Assembly: GCA_963724065.1 (NCBI GenBank)
Contig: CAVRTB010000006.1
Coordinates: forward strand, 133,105-197,104
Origin: an uncultured Solirubrobacterales bacterium
GTDB taxonomy: Bacteria > Actinomycetota > Thermoleophilia > Solirubrobacterales > JBBDJG01
Reading direction: 5' to 3'
DNA: 64,000 bases
The translations under genes were made by a program, and so were the position numbers. Each line of letters begins with the position of its first letter. Positions within the stretch are counted from its first letter, which is position 1. Under the pieces are notes generated by a model. That model searched no databases, was not told the origin of the DNA, and saw only the letters and a list, made by a program, of their open reading frames with translations. Shown one piece after another: positions 26,228 through 36,622 of this stretch.

Positions 26228-27748
26228 ATGACCAGCAGTTCTCTGCGTTGGGTTGTTTCGGTGATCGTCGCGGCCGCGTGCGCCGCGCTCTTCGCGCCGG
26301 CGGCGAGCGCCCGCGACGACGCTGTGACCTCGTTCGACGGTACGCGGATCGTGCTCTCGTTCTTCCCCGCCGAGGGGCTCCAGGCCGCACAGAAGGCACC
26401 GACGATCCTGATCGGCCCGGGCTGGTCGAGCGGCCGCGACACCAACCAGGACAGCGCTTCGAGCGCCGGTACCGGCACGACCGGCGTCGGGCCCTTCCGC
26501 CGCGCCGGCTACAACGTCCTGACCTGGGACCCGCGCGGCTTCGGCCAGTCGGGCGGCACGGTGCAGGTGGACTCGCCCGCCTACGAGGGGCGCGACGTGC
26601 AGGCGCTGATCGACTTCGTCGCACGCCAGCCCGAGGCCCAGCTCGACCGCGCCGGTGACCCCCGGCTCGGCATGTCGGGCGGCAGCTACGGCGGCGGGAT
26701 ACAGCTCGTCACGGCAGCGATCGACTCCCGCGTCGACGTGATCGCCCCGGACATCGCGTGGCACTCGCTCGTCACGAGCCTCTACAAGTCCCAGTCGCCG
26801 AAGTCCGGCTGGGGTTCGGCGCTGTTCGCGCTGGGCGCCGAAGGATCGACGATCCCGGGCGTGCCGGCGGGCGAGACGGGCAACCTCGACCCGCACATCA
26901 CGAGCGCGTACACGTCCGGCCTCGCCTATGGGAGCTTCTCCGACGAGGACGTCGCATGGTTCGCCGCGCGTGGGCCGGGCGCCTTGGTCGAGCGCATCCG
27001 GATTCCGACGCTGCTGATCCAGGGAACGGTCGACACGCTCTTCACGCTCGACGAGGCGACGACCAACTACCGGATCCTGAGGGCCAACAAGGTCCCCTCC
27101 AAGATGATCTGGTTCTGCGGCGGCCACGGCGCATGCCTCACGGCCGGCGGGCCTGCAAACTGGGTCGAGACCCAGACACTGCAGTGGTTCGCGCGCTACC
27201 TGAAGGGGCAGAAGTCCGTCGCGACGGGCCCGCGCTTCGAGTGGATCGCCGACGACGGCCAGGTGCGCAGCGCGGCCGACTACCCGCCGCCGGCGCCGCG
27301 CGTGACGGCGGCCTCCGGGTCCGGGATCCTCGCGGTGAACCCGGATGCGGTCTCGTCCGGCACGCTGATCGCGGCGACGCCGAGCCCGCTCGGCCTGCAC
27401 CTCCCGATCACGACTCCCGCCGTCGGGAGCCAGATCGTGGGAGCGCCGAAGCTGACCCTCTCCTATAGCGGGCTCGGCACGAGCTCCTCGGTGCCCGTCT
27501 ACGCGCAGATCGTCGACAAGGCCCGCAACATCGTCGTCGGCAACGTCGCCACGCCGGTGCGGCTGACGCTCGACGGCCTGCCGCGCACCGCGACATTCAC
27601 GCTCGAGGAGGTCGCCGCGAGCGTCGGCGCAGGGTCGTCGTACGAGCTCCAGGTCGTGCCGGCATCGTCGCTGTACGCGCCGCAGCGCGTGACCGGGCTC
27701 GTCGACGTGACGAGCGCGGCGCTCTCGCTCCCGGTCGCGGGGGGCTGA
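26228..27748 (+). CDS. secreted CocE/NonD-family (S15 X-Pro dipeptidyl-peptidase-like) alpha/beta hydrolase
   Basis: MTSSSLRWVVSVIVAAACAALFAPAASA signal peptide. WDPRGFGQSGG and GMSGGSYGG (GxSxG). C-terminal beta-sandwich region. The track ORF starts at GTG 26213. Confidence 0.8.
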   Translation: MTSSSLRWVVSVIVAAACAALFAPAASARDDAVTSFDGTRIVLSFFPAEGLQAAQKAPTILIGPGWSSGRDTNQDSASSAGTGTTGVGPFRRAGYNVLTWDPRGFGQSGGTVQVDSPAYEGRDVQALIDFVARQPEAQLDRAGDPRLGMSGGSYGGGIQLVTAAIDSRVDVIAPDIAWHSLVTSLYKSQSPKSGWGSALFALGAEGSTIPGVPAGETGNLDPHITSAYTSGLAYGSFSDEDVAWFAARGPGALVERIRIPTLLIQGTVDTLFTLDEATTNYRILRANKVPSKMIWFCGGHGACLTAGGPANWVETQTLQWFARYLKGQKSVATGPRFEWIADDGQVRSAADYPPPAPRVTAASGSGILAVNPDAVSSGTLIAATPSPLGLHLPITTPAVGSQIVGAPKLTLSYSGLGTSSSVPVYAQIVDKARNIVVGNVATPVRLTLDGLPRTATFTLEEVAASVGAGSSYELQVVPASSLYAPQRVTGLVDVTSAALSLPVAGG

Positions 27749-27766
27749 CCGCTGGGCGACGACGCC

Positions 27767-28372
<606 letters not shown>

Positions 28373-28408
28373 CCACACCGCTCAAACCCGGCGCGGAGCC
28401 TAGGACCG

Positions 28409-28456
28409 CGCCGTGCCGTTCACGCTCAGGAACCTCAAGGAGGACCTGGAGGACGT
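28409..28456 (+). repeat. 48-bp direct repeat, copy 2
   Basis: CGCCGTGCCGTTCACGCTCAGGAACCTCAAGGAGGACCTGGAGGACGT. Covers the start of the cupin gene. Confidence 0.85.
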
Positions 28457-28814
28457 CGGGTCCAGGTTTGACGGCGCGCCGGATTTGGAGTTCCGCTTGG
28501 CGACCGAGGCGCTCGAGCTCGAGGAATCCGGCCTGAGCTACCAGCGCGTCCCGCCCGGCTATCGCTTCCCGTACGGCCACACGCACAGGAAGCAGGAGGA
28601 GGTGTACGTGGTCCTGCGCGGGAGCGGGCGGATGAAGCTTGACGACGAGATCGTCGAGCTCAAGGAATGGGACGCGGTGCGCGTCCCGCCCGCTACGTGG
28701 CGAGGCTACGAGGCCGGGCCGGAGGGCCTCGAGCTGCTCGTCATCGGCGCGCCCAGTCTCGGCGAGGCTCGGCGCGAAGACGTCGATGGCGAGCGCGACT
28801 GGTGGGCTGACTAG
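28413..28814 (+). CDS. cupin-domain protein
   Basis: 133 aa. GYRFPYGHTHRKQEEVYVVLRGSG..VRVPP resembles cupin_2 motifs. Confidence 0.75.
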   Translation: MPFTLRNLKEDLEDVGSRFDGAPDLEFRLATEALELEESGLSYQRVPPGYRFPYGHTHRKQEEVYVVLRGSGRMKLDDEIVELKEWDAVRVPPATWRGYEAGPEGLELLVIGAPSLGEARREDVDGERDWWAD

Positions 28815-28935
28815 CGCCAGGTATCCGGCTCTGCCGGCGCAGGGGCAGCCCAGCTCGTACGGGGGGCCGCAGCCGCCGGGGGGTGATCGTGGTCGCACGG
28901 CACCAGGCAGCGGCGGCGGTTGCCCTGCGCCTGGC

Positions 28936-29691
28936 TCAGGAGCTCGCCGAGGTGAAACGCAGAATCTCGGAGGCCACCAGCTCCGGGTCGTCGAACATCG
29001 CGGTGTGGCCGCAGCCGGGCAGCTCGCGCAACTCCGCTTTCGGCAGCTCGGCGAGGAATCGCTCGGCATGATCGCGCGACAGGACCCGATCGCCGGACGG
29101 ACGAAGGATGAGTACGGGACAGCTCACCTGCTCGAGCCCTTCGATCCGAGCGACCGTCCCGTCCGCGCGCGTGTTCGCGGCGAGCTGTGCGGAAACGTCG
29201 CAGTAGGCGAACTCGGCCAGCAGGCGCTCCGCCTCGACAGGCGGGATCCGGGTCGGGTCGACGCAGGCGTCGGCCATCAGCACGCGTCTTCCCCGACGCG
29301 TGCGAACCAGCCGCCGTGCGAGCGGCAAGAGCATCCGGACCGTGCGGTGGTCGCGGCGAAACTTCTTCGCGAAGGCACGCCCTTCGTCGGGCGTGAATAA
29401 CCCGGCGGGGGCCACCCCGACGACGGTTCGCGCCCGCCCGCGCTTGGCGAGCTCGAGCGCCAGCCAGCCGCCGAGTGAGTTGCCGGCGATGTCGGGGCGC
29501 TCGAATCCCGCGGCATCCAGCTCCGCTTCGACGGCGTCCGCCCAGGTCTCGACCGTGGGTGCGGCCCCGGCGTCGAGCGGCGGCGACCCGAGGTGGTCGG
29601 GGAGCGTCGGCGCGAGCACCTCGCGTTCAGCAGCGAGTCGGTCGAGCACGGGCGACCAGCTGTGCCAGCTCTCCCAGATCCCGTGAAGCAA
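28936..29691 (-). CDS. alpha/beta hydrolase, apparently lacking a canonical N-terminus
   Basis: LLLLHGIWESW.. (HG oxyanion motif), GNSLGG nucleophile elbow, C-terminal GCGHTAMFDDP. Homology-like sequence (RVPWDTPRLKLDCYRAGSGAP) continues upstream of the TTG start with no ATG/GTG/TTG before an in-frame TAA. Confidence 0.7.
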   Translation of the reverse strand: MLHGIWESWHSWSPVLDRLAAEREVLAPTLPDHLGSPPLDAGAAPTVETWADAVEAELDAAGFERPDIAGNSLGGWLALELAKRGRARTVVGVAPAGLFTPDEGRAFAKKFRRDHRTVRMLLPLARRLVRTRRGRRVLMADACVDPTRIPPVEAERLLAEFAYCDVSAQLAANTRADGTVARIEGLEQVSCPVLILRPSGDRVLSRDHAERFLAELPKAELRELPGCGHTAMFDDPELVASEILRFTSASS

Positions 29692-29769
29692 GAGGAGCGG
29701 CGCGCCGCTCCCGGCGCGGTAACAGTCAAGTTTCAGGCGCGGAGTATCCCAAGGAACGCGGCGACAGGC

Positions 29770-30228
29770 TTACCGCCAGCGTGGCTTGTGCCCGCCCCGG
29801 TGTGGGAGGGAGCGCGTCGGGGGAGCGTCCTGCTCCGACAGTCCCACGGCTTCGAGGGCCTCTCGCTTGTCTTGTGTCTCCTGGACGCGCACTACGAGTC
29901 CGTCGCGCAGCTTGAAGATGAAGGCCAAGTCCATGCCAGCCGAAGCACCGCTCAGTCCGCCACGCGACTCGCTGCGCGTCCAAGCCACGGCCTGATCGTC
30001 GCTGGCCTCGAAAATCTCTCGCACCTCAACATTGACGCCCATCATCTCGGCCCAGGTCAGGCCGTACCGCTTCACCGCTTCCGGCCCACGATGAACGGTC
30101 GTATCAGGGTCTTCAGGATCGACGTGCCACTCCACGTCGGGGGCCATCATCTCGACCCATGCGTCGATCTCACGACGGTTGTACAGCTTCAAGAACCGCT
30201 CGATCAACTCCGCGTTCTCCTGCGACAT
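29770..30228 (-). CDS. SnoaL-like / NTF2-fold protein
   Basis: MSQENAELIERFLKLYNRREIDAWVEMMAPDVEWH..., typical of the ketosteroid-isomerase-like family. Confidence 0.7.
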   Translation of the reverse strand: MSQENAELIERFLKLYNRREIDAWVEMMAPDVEWHVDPEDPDTTVHRGPEAVKRYGLTWAEMMGVNVEVREIFEASDDQAVAWTRSESRGGLSGASAGMDLAFIFKLRDGLVVRVQETQDKREALEAVGLSEQDAPPTRSLPHRGGHKPRWR

Positions 30229-30278
30229 CGTCTGCTCCTATGTCAAGGCCGCCACCTGAAGTGGCTCCTTGATCTTGG

Positions 30279-30640
30279 TCAAATGTTCATTGCCACGGGA
30301 TCCGTTCTATCCGATGAGGCCGGCGGGTGCAGCAACCGCGAGACGGTTCGCACGAGCTGGCGCTCGAGACACCGCAGCGCCTCCCGCTTGGTCTTGCCCT
30401 CGGCCTCTTGCGGGCCAGGTAGTGCTGCGCCGGGGCGTGCATGCGCTTTCGGCTCACTGCGATCCGGTGCAGCGCGCAGTTGAGCTGGCGATCGCCGCCG
30501 TGGTCGAGCCGGTGACGGTCGTTGCGCCCCGAGGAGACGGGGACCCGCGCGACGCCCGCAAGCCGTGCGAAGTGAGCCTCGGCGGGGAAGCGCTCGCCCA
30601 CGTCGGCGGGCCGCCGGCGGCCTACGGCTGGCGGCTCCCG
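30279..30640 (-). pseudogene. IS110-family transposase, C-terminal relic with internal frameshift
   Basis: GERFPAEAHFARLAGVARVPVSSGRNDRHRLDHGGDRQLNCALHRIAVSR (ORF 30287..30601) continues in another frame as EGKTKREALRCLERQLVRTVSRLL (end of ORF 30279..30854). This is the conserved IS110 Transposase_20 C-terminus. No N-terminal DEDD domain is present. Confidence 0.75.
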
Positions 30641-30702
30641 GGTATGACGTCCATCTGCCGCTCACTGACCGGCGGTTCAAGTGGGCCACACCCATTCGGG
30701 TT

Positions 30703-32994
30703 ATGGTTGCCCACGAGGTGGGGTTCAGCGGGGCATGGGGGAGCGGTCGGGCGGCGCTGGTCGTCGCGCTCGCCGTGCTCGCGTGCATCGCGCCGGCCCA
30801 GGCCTCGGCATCGCTACCGCTCGTGCAGTCCGGCCCGCGGCCGGGACCCGACATCCTCTACGCGCCGAAGCCGCGCGCGCCCCAGCTCGAGAACACGGGA
30901 GTTTGGAAGGCGCCGCCGATCCTCGTATCCGGCGCGAGCGCCTACCGCAAGGGCGAGTTCCTCTACCAGGACTTCCTCTACGACGATCACGGCCCAAGGG
31001 GCCAGCGCGATCCGGGCGATCCCCGCCGCGCGAGCTCCGAGGAGGCCTCGGCCCCGTACGGGTCCTACACCTACCCGACCGACGACGTCTACGCCGGTAA
31101 CGCCGCCGACCTCGTCGAGCTGCGCGTCAAGGCGCTGACCAAGTCCACCGCCTTTCGCGTCACGCTCAACACGCTGCACGATCCCGCGCGCGTCGCGTTC
31201 ACGATCGCGATCGGCGGCGATCCGGCCACGCCGCGACCGCTGCCCCACGGCGCGGGGGCGAGCGCGCCCGCCGACCTGTTCCTGACCGTCCACGGCGACG
31301 ACGCCGAGCTGATCGACGCCGCCACGGGCGCCGCGGCGGGCACGCCCTCCGTCAAGGTCGACCTGCGGCGCCGTCAGTTCACCGTGCGGATCGCTCACGA
31401 CGACTGGGACCCGGGCCTCGCAACGGTGCGCCTCGCCGCGGGCGTCGGCCTGTGGGACTCGGCGAACGACCGCTACCTGGTGCCCGGCGCGGCGGCCACC
31501 GAGTCGCTCCCCGGAGGCGCCGCCGGCCTGGCCTCGCCGACCGCGATCTTCAACGCGGCCTTCCGCTACACGGAGCCGATCCAGGGGCCCGACTTCTCGA
31601 TCTTCTCGGGCGCGGCCTGGTGGCGCGACCGGCTCCAGGGGATCCTGCTGCGGCAGGGCAGCCTCACCCAGTTCAGCGCGCAGGTCGACTTCGCCAAGCT
31701 CGCCGGCGGCGTGAGCGACGACATGCCGGGGCAGGTCGGCGGCGTGCCGCAGGAGGGGTCGATCAACCGCATCCTCGCGAGTCGCTTCGAGACCGCGCAG
31801 GGCACCGACTACTCGCCCGTCTGCCTGGGCACGAGCGGGTCGCTGCCCGGCGAATGCAAGGGCGAGCTGCGCGGGCGGCTCCAGCCCTACAACGTCTACG
31901 TCCCGCGCAAGCCGGTGCCGGCGGCGGGATACGGGCTGACGCTCCTGCTGCATTCCTTCGGCGGCAACTACAACCAGTACGCGAACTCGCGCAACATCAC
32001 CCAGTTCGGCGAGCGCGGGGCGGGCTCGATCGTCGTCACGCCCGAGGGCCGCGGCCCGGACGGGTTCTACCTCGACCATGCGGGCGCGGACGTGTTCGAG
32101 GTCTGGGCCGACGTCGCGCGCAACTACCGGCTCGATCCCGACTGGACGGCGATCGCCGGCTACTCGATGGGCGGTTACGGCGCGTACAAGCTCGCGGTCC
32201 AGTTCCCGGACCTGTTCGCGCGCGTGCAGACGACGGTGGGCGTCCCGGGACTGAGCTTCGGGGACACCAAGCCGCTGCTCGAGTCGCTGCGCAACATCCC
32301 GATCCTGATCTGGGTCGGAGGATCGGACGAGTCGGTGCCGCCCGCCACGACGAGGCCGGTCGCCGACCGCCTCGAGGCGCTCGGCTATCGCTATGAGTAC
32401 GACGAGTTCCTGTCCGCGATCCATCTGCTGCTCGCCTTCAACGACCAGTACCAGCCGGCCGCCGACTTCCTCGGCGAGGCCCGCGTCGATCGCGACCCGG
32501 CGCACGTGTCCTACGCCTACAACCCCGCGCTCGACTACCCGGGCGCCGGGACTGCCGCCGGGCACGCCTACTGGGTCTCCGGCGTGACGGTGCGCGACGC
32601 CGCCGCGCAGGACGGCGTCGGGAAGGTCGACGTTCGCTCGGAGGGCTTCGGCGTGGGGGACCCCGTGCCCAACGCAACGACGACCGGACTGCGCCAGCTC
32701 ACGGGGGGCGTGCTCGCCACGCTCTTCTCCAACTTCCGCGCGAAGACCTGGGGCGACACGCCGGCTGCACCGGTCGCGGACCGCCTCGTCGTCGATGCAC
32801 GCAACGTCTCCGCGATCAGCGTGGACCCGCGGCGCGCGCGCGTCACGTGTGACGCGCAGATCGTGCTGACCGGGGAGCCGGTCGAGGTGACGCTCGCCGG
32901 GTGTGAGCCACCGTGCCGCAAGTCGGTCCCGGCCCACGGCCGCGACGGCCGCCCGCCGGGGCTGTGCAAGCCCGGCCGGGCCGCGAAGCCGTAG
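30703..32994 (+). CDS. secreted protein with C-terminal esterase/PHB-depolymerase-type alpha/beta-hydrolase domain
   Basis: ATG 30703 gives MVAHEVGFSGAWGSGRAALVVALAVLACIAPAQASA. LLLHSFGGNYNQY. GYSMGGYGAYKLAVQFPDLFA (GxSxG). IWVGGSDESVP. The N-terminal ~400 aa are unrecognised. Confidence 0.75.
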   Translation: MVAHEVGFSGAWGSGRAALVVALAVLACIAPAQASASLPLVQSGPRPGPDILYAPKPRAPQLENTGVWKAPPILVSGASAYRKGEFLYQDFLYDDHGPRGQRDPGDPRRASSEEASAPYGSYTYPTDDVYAGNAADLVELRVKALTKSTAFRVTLNTLHDPARVAFTIAIGGDPATPRPLPHGAGASAPADLFLTVHGDDAELIDAATGAAAGTPSVKVDLRRRQFTVRIAHDDWDPGLATVRLAAGVGLWDSANDRYLVPGAAATESLPGGAAGLASPTAIFNAAFRYTEPIQGPDFSIFSGAAWWRDRLQGILLRQGSLTQFSAQVDFAKLAGGVSDDMPGQVGGVPQEGSINRILASRFETAQGTDYSPVCLGTSGSLPGECKGELRGRLQPYNVYVPRKPVPAAGYGLTLLLHSFGGNYNQYANSRNITQFGERGAGSIVVTPEGRGPDGFYLDHAGADVFEVWADVARNYRLDPDWTAIAGYSMGGYGAYKLAVQFPDLFARVQTTVGVPGLSFGDTKPLLESLRNIPILIWVGGSDESVPPATTRPVADRLEALGYRYEYDEFLSAIHLLLAFNDQYQPAADFLGEARVDRDPAHVSYAYNPALDYPGAGTAAGHAYWVSGVTVRDAAAQDGVGKVDVRSEGFGVGDPVPNATTTGLRQLTGGVLATLFSNFRAKTWGDTPAAPVADRLVVDARNVSAISVDPRRARVTCDAQIVLTGEPVEVTLAGCEPPCRKSVPAHGRDGRPPGLCKPGRAAKP

Positions 32995-33053
32995 ACCAAG
33001 CCCGGCGACTGGAATACTGCGCGCGTCCCCTGGATCGAGCGAGAGGAGAGGCG

Positions 33054-33989
33054 ATGGCGGAGTCGAGGGAGCTTGCGTCCGGGCTGAGGTTCCCGGAGGG
33101 CCCGGTTGCGATGCGCGACGGAAGCGTGATCGTGGTCGAGATCGCGGGAAAGGCGATCACCCGCGTTTCCCCGGACGGGTCCAAGGAGGAGATCGCGCGG
33201 CCGGGCGGCGGCCCGAATGGCGCTGCGATCGGGCCTGACGGCAACCTCTACGTCTGCAACAACGGCGCCGCCTTCGACTACCTCGAGCTACCCGGGATGG
33301 AGGGCATCCTGGTGCCGCGCCAGCCGCCCAGCAATCACGAAGGCGGGCGCATCGAGCGCGTGGACCTCGGGTCAGGCGCGGTCGAGGTTCTCTACGACGC
33401 CTGCGATGGCCGCCCGCTGCGCGCGCCGAACGATCTCGTCTTCGACGCTCACGGAGGCTTCTACTTCACCGACCACGGCATCCGCGAGCACCGCACGGCG
33501 GACCGCACGGGCGTGTTCTACGCGAAGCCGGACGGGTCCGGGATCAGCGAGGTGATTCCGCCGCTCGACGCGCCGAACGGGGTCGGGCTCTCGCCGGACG
33601 GCTCGCGCATCTACGTGGCGGAGACGTACAGCGCGTGTGTGTGGTGGTGGAACGTCGCCGGTCCCGGGGAGGTGTCGATCCCGGAGGGCCTGCTCCCGCA
33701 CGGCGGCGAGCTGCTCACGCGCTTGCCCGGGTTCCAGTTCCTCGACTCGCTCGCCGTCGACGGCGAGGGGAACGTCTGCGTCGCGACGCTCGGCTCCGGT
33801 GGGATCACGTCGGTGAGTCCCGAGGACGGATCGGTCGTCGACTTCGTGGAGGGCGGCGATCTGTTCGTCACCAACATCTGCTTTGGCGGCGAGGACCTGC
33901 GAACGGCCTACATCACCGCGTCCGGCGCCGGAAAGCTGCTCGAGGTCAGCTGGCCGCGGCCCGGTCTGGCGCTGGCCCACTCGGCCTGA
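33054..33989 (+). CDS. SMP-30/gluconolactonase/LRE-family beta-propeller
   Basis: GAGAGGAGAGG RBS. LRFPEGPVAMRDGSVIVVE.., GPNGAAIGPDGNLYVCNNG, PNDLVFDAHGGFYFTD, PNGVGLSPDGSRIYVAET. Confidence 0.85.
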   Translation: MAESRELASGLRFPEGPVAMRDGSVIVVEIAGKAITRVSPDGSKEEIARPGGGPNGAAIGPDGNLYVCNNGAAFDYLELPGMEGILVPRQPPSNHEGGRIERVDLGSGAVEVLYDACDGRPLRAPNDLVFDAHGGFYFTDHGIREHRTADRTGVFYAKPDGSGISEVIPPLDAPNGVGLSPDGSRIYVAETYSACVWWWNVAGPGEVSIPEGLLPHGGELLTRLPGFQFLDSLAVDGEGNVCVATLGSGGITSVSPEDGSVVDFVEGGDLFVTNICFGGEDLRTAYITASGAGKLLEVSWPRPGLALAHSA

Positions 33990-34740
33990 CCGCGAGTCGC
34001 GCGGTCAGCTCAGCGAAGGAGCCGGCGAACCGGCTGCGCGCGCGCCAGCGGCCCGACGCCGCGTAGACCTGGAGGCGGATGAACATGGAGTCGACCAGCC
34101 GGTCGTCCGCGCTCACCTCCTTGACGATCCTCCGGTGCGGCTGCTCGCGGTAGGCGAAGGCGAGCGCCGCATCGAGCTCATGCCAGACCGTGAACGTCAT
34201 CGCGCCCCGGTAGAGATGCTCGGGGCCGGCCGTGCCCGCGACCAGCCCGGGCGAAGCGAGCAGCCGCCGCGTCGCGCCGACGATGTTGCTCCAGAAGTAC
34301 CAGAGGTGGCGCGGCGCGATGTTGGCGAACGTCATCATCGCGACCGGGCCTTCCTGCGCGCGACCGGGCGGCAGGTCCGCGAGCGGTCGCCTGCCGCGAT
34401 AGCTGCCGTGGGCCCGAAACGGGACCATCCTGATCTCGCAGTACTCGTCCGTGGCGTCCTGCCAGCGCCGGCCGATCGGCGACTCGGACAGGAAGCGCTC
34501 GAGCGCGCGCTCGTCCTCCCACACGCACATCGCGATCTGGCGACGCGGGTCGACGATCCCGATGTTGAAGCCCTCGGTGCGCGCCGACCCGGCGAACACG
34601 ACCGTGTGGAAGAGCAGGCCCGGCGTGCGCGCGAGCGCGCGGCGCTCGCGGAACAGGCTGCGCACGGCATCGCGCAGCGACCGGAAGTGGAACACGTGGG
34701 TCGAGCCCACACACGCCGGGTGCTGTCCGTTCGCCGCCAT
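33946..34740 (-). CDS. hypothetical protein, spheroidene-monooxygenase (CrtA)-like / dimeric alpha-beta-barrel type
   Basis: 264 aa. ALARTPGLLFHTVVFAGSARTEGF..MCVWEDERALERFL and a second similar half (..MTFTVWHELDAALAFAY) resemble CrtA-like proteins from memory. The function call is weak. The 3' end overlaps the convergent gene by 44 nt. Confidence 0.5.
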   Translation of the reverse strand: MAANGQHPACVGSTHVFHFRSLRDAVRSLFRERRALARTPGLLFHTVVFAGSARTEGFNIGIVDPRRQIAMCVWEDERALERFLSESPIGRRWQDATDEYCEIRMVPFRAHGSYRGRRPLADLPPGRAQEGPVAMMTFANIAPRHLWYFWSNIVGATRRLLASPGLVAGTAGPEHLYRGAMTFTVWHELDAALAFAYREQPHRRIVKEVSADDRLVDSMFIRLQVYAASGRWRARSRFAGSFAELTARLAVRPSGPAPDRAAAS

Positions 34741-34771
34741 CGGGTGCGGACCCTAATGGCTGAAGGATTCG

Positions 34772-36404
34772 CTACTTGGTCCAGCTGGTCGACCAGCGGC
34801 TGCGGCTCCAGCGGCTGCGGCTCCAGCGCGAGCGAGCCGGGTCGACCGATTCGTCGGCCGTCGGGGAGCAGTCGCAGGTGTAGACGCCGCTCCAGCGCGA
34901 GCGGCTCCACCGCGACCGGCTCCAGCGTGAGCGCGTGTAGTCGATCGCGCCGGTCTGCGGGTCGACGAGCGAGCTGGGCTCGATCCCCACGTTCGCGCCG
35001 AGCGCGTTCGAGTTCGAGAGGCCCAGGGCCTGCACGAGCTGGACCTCGCGACCGCCGTTCTGGGTCCTGCGCTGGGTACGGACGAGCGCGTCCTTGACCT
35101 CGTCGGGAGTCAGCCCGGGGTTTCGCTCGAGCATGTTCGCGACCGCGCCCGCGACCATCGGCGCGGACATCGAGGTGCCGCCGGCACGGATGTACTCACC
35201 GGACACGATGCAGGACTCGCACATGTCGGCGAAGTCGCTCCCGGGAGAGAGCAGGGAGACGATCTTCGACCCGGGTGCGGTCACCTCGGGCTTGCGGAAG
35301 CCGTCCTGCGTGACGCCGCGGCTCGACCACTCGGTGAGCGTGTCGTCGCGGACCTTGTCGGTTCCCTGGTCGGTGACCGCGCCGACCGAGATCACGAAGG
35401 GATCGTTGCCGGGCGCGTAGGACACGGCACCTGGGCCGGCGCCCCGGTTGCCGGCTGCGGCGACCACCACGATCCCGCTGAACCAGGCTGCCTCGGCCGC
35501 GGCGTCGAGTGGGTCGGTCCGGTACGACTCGGCCTGTGTCGACTCCAGCGACAGGTTGATCACGCGGATGTTGAAGGCGTCCTTGTGGTCGATCGCGAAC
35601 TGGATGCCGTAGATCACGTCGAGCACCGTGGTCGCGCCCTCGTCGTCGTCGACCTTGACCGAGATCAGGTTTGCGTCCGGCGCGACGCCCACGTACTCGC
35701 CGCGCCGGGCGTCGCCGCTGTCACGGTTGCCGCCGTTGCCGGCGATGATGCCGGCGACATGCGTGCCGTGGCCGTAGGTGTCGCGCGGCGTGTTCGCCTC
35801 GGGGTTGGTGACGGCCGTCGCGATCACACGCGAGCCGTGGTCCGTCGAGGACACGCGGAAGTCGGGGAGCGCAGATGCGATGCCGGTGTCGATCACCGCG
35901 ACGCCGACGCCCTTGCCGGTTGCCGGGCGGCCCCACACCTCATCCGCGCGGATCGACTGGTTGTAGGAGGTCTCGAGCTTGCTGGCGTCGACGGACTGAG
36001 CCTTCGTCTGCGCGTTCAGCGACACGGCGTGCACGCCGTCACGAGAGGCGAGGCGCTCGGCCTGGGTTGCGCTGATCGACACGGCAAGCCCGTTGATCAC
36101 GTGCAGGTCACCGGTCACCCGGCCGCCGGACTCGCGCACCAGGGCGCGTGCCTGCGCCGGCTCGACGCCGGGCCGGAACTGCGACGATCGCCTCGACCGC
36201 GCGGCCGGGGCGCTGGGCGGCGAGCTCTGTGAGCGCGGGGCTTGCACCGCCGGGAGTCGTGGCCGTGCCGCTCGTCGAGCCGGTCGTGGCGCCGAGGCCC
36301 GCGAGTGCGATCGAGAGGGAAACAGATGCTGCAAGCAGGGCCGCGGGCCATGTGGCTCGCCGGCTCCAGCAGATGCCCAGCGTGGAAGCGTGATGGAAGT
36401 TCAC
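34772..36404 (-). pseudogene. subtilisin-like S8 protease P1 (signal peptide, I9 propeptide, D/H/S triad, (RSRWS)n tail), frameshifted near the 5' end
   Basis: Catalytic body in ORF 34772..36334 (VAVIDTGI, HGTHVAGI, GTSMSAP). The signal peptide and propeptide start (..WPAALLAASVSLSIALAGLG..AVEAIV) lie in the frame of ORF 36108..36917. An extra C at about 36182 relative to paralog P2 (CTGCGAC vs CTGGAC). The start is GTG 36404 or ATG 36422. Confidence 0.8.
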
Positions 36405-36622
36405 GGGGGGACCAACCTCCATGTCGATCGGAAAAACCCATGGCCCGTGTCCGACCCGAAAGCGGGGAGTTCCGCTGTCTGCCGGGGGCCAACATCCACT
36501 GTGCGCGCCCGTCCCGTCGCCGGCAACCGAACCTGGCCGAACCGGACGCATGTATGAGTTGGGGGAGCGCGCGGCCGGTGACGTGCGCGCCCCTTGTCGG
36601 CACGCCTCGACCCGACGCTGGC

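Noticed and set aside
30814-32937. 707-aa ORF on the minus strand
   Set aside because: Antisense to the esterase gene. The same applies to 22513..24225(+), 22526..24103(-), 58842..60551(-), 13622..14989(-), 16356..17414(-), 17329..18435(-), 60890..62212(-), 52547..53851(-) and 54259..55956(+).
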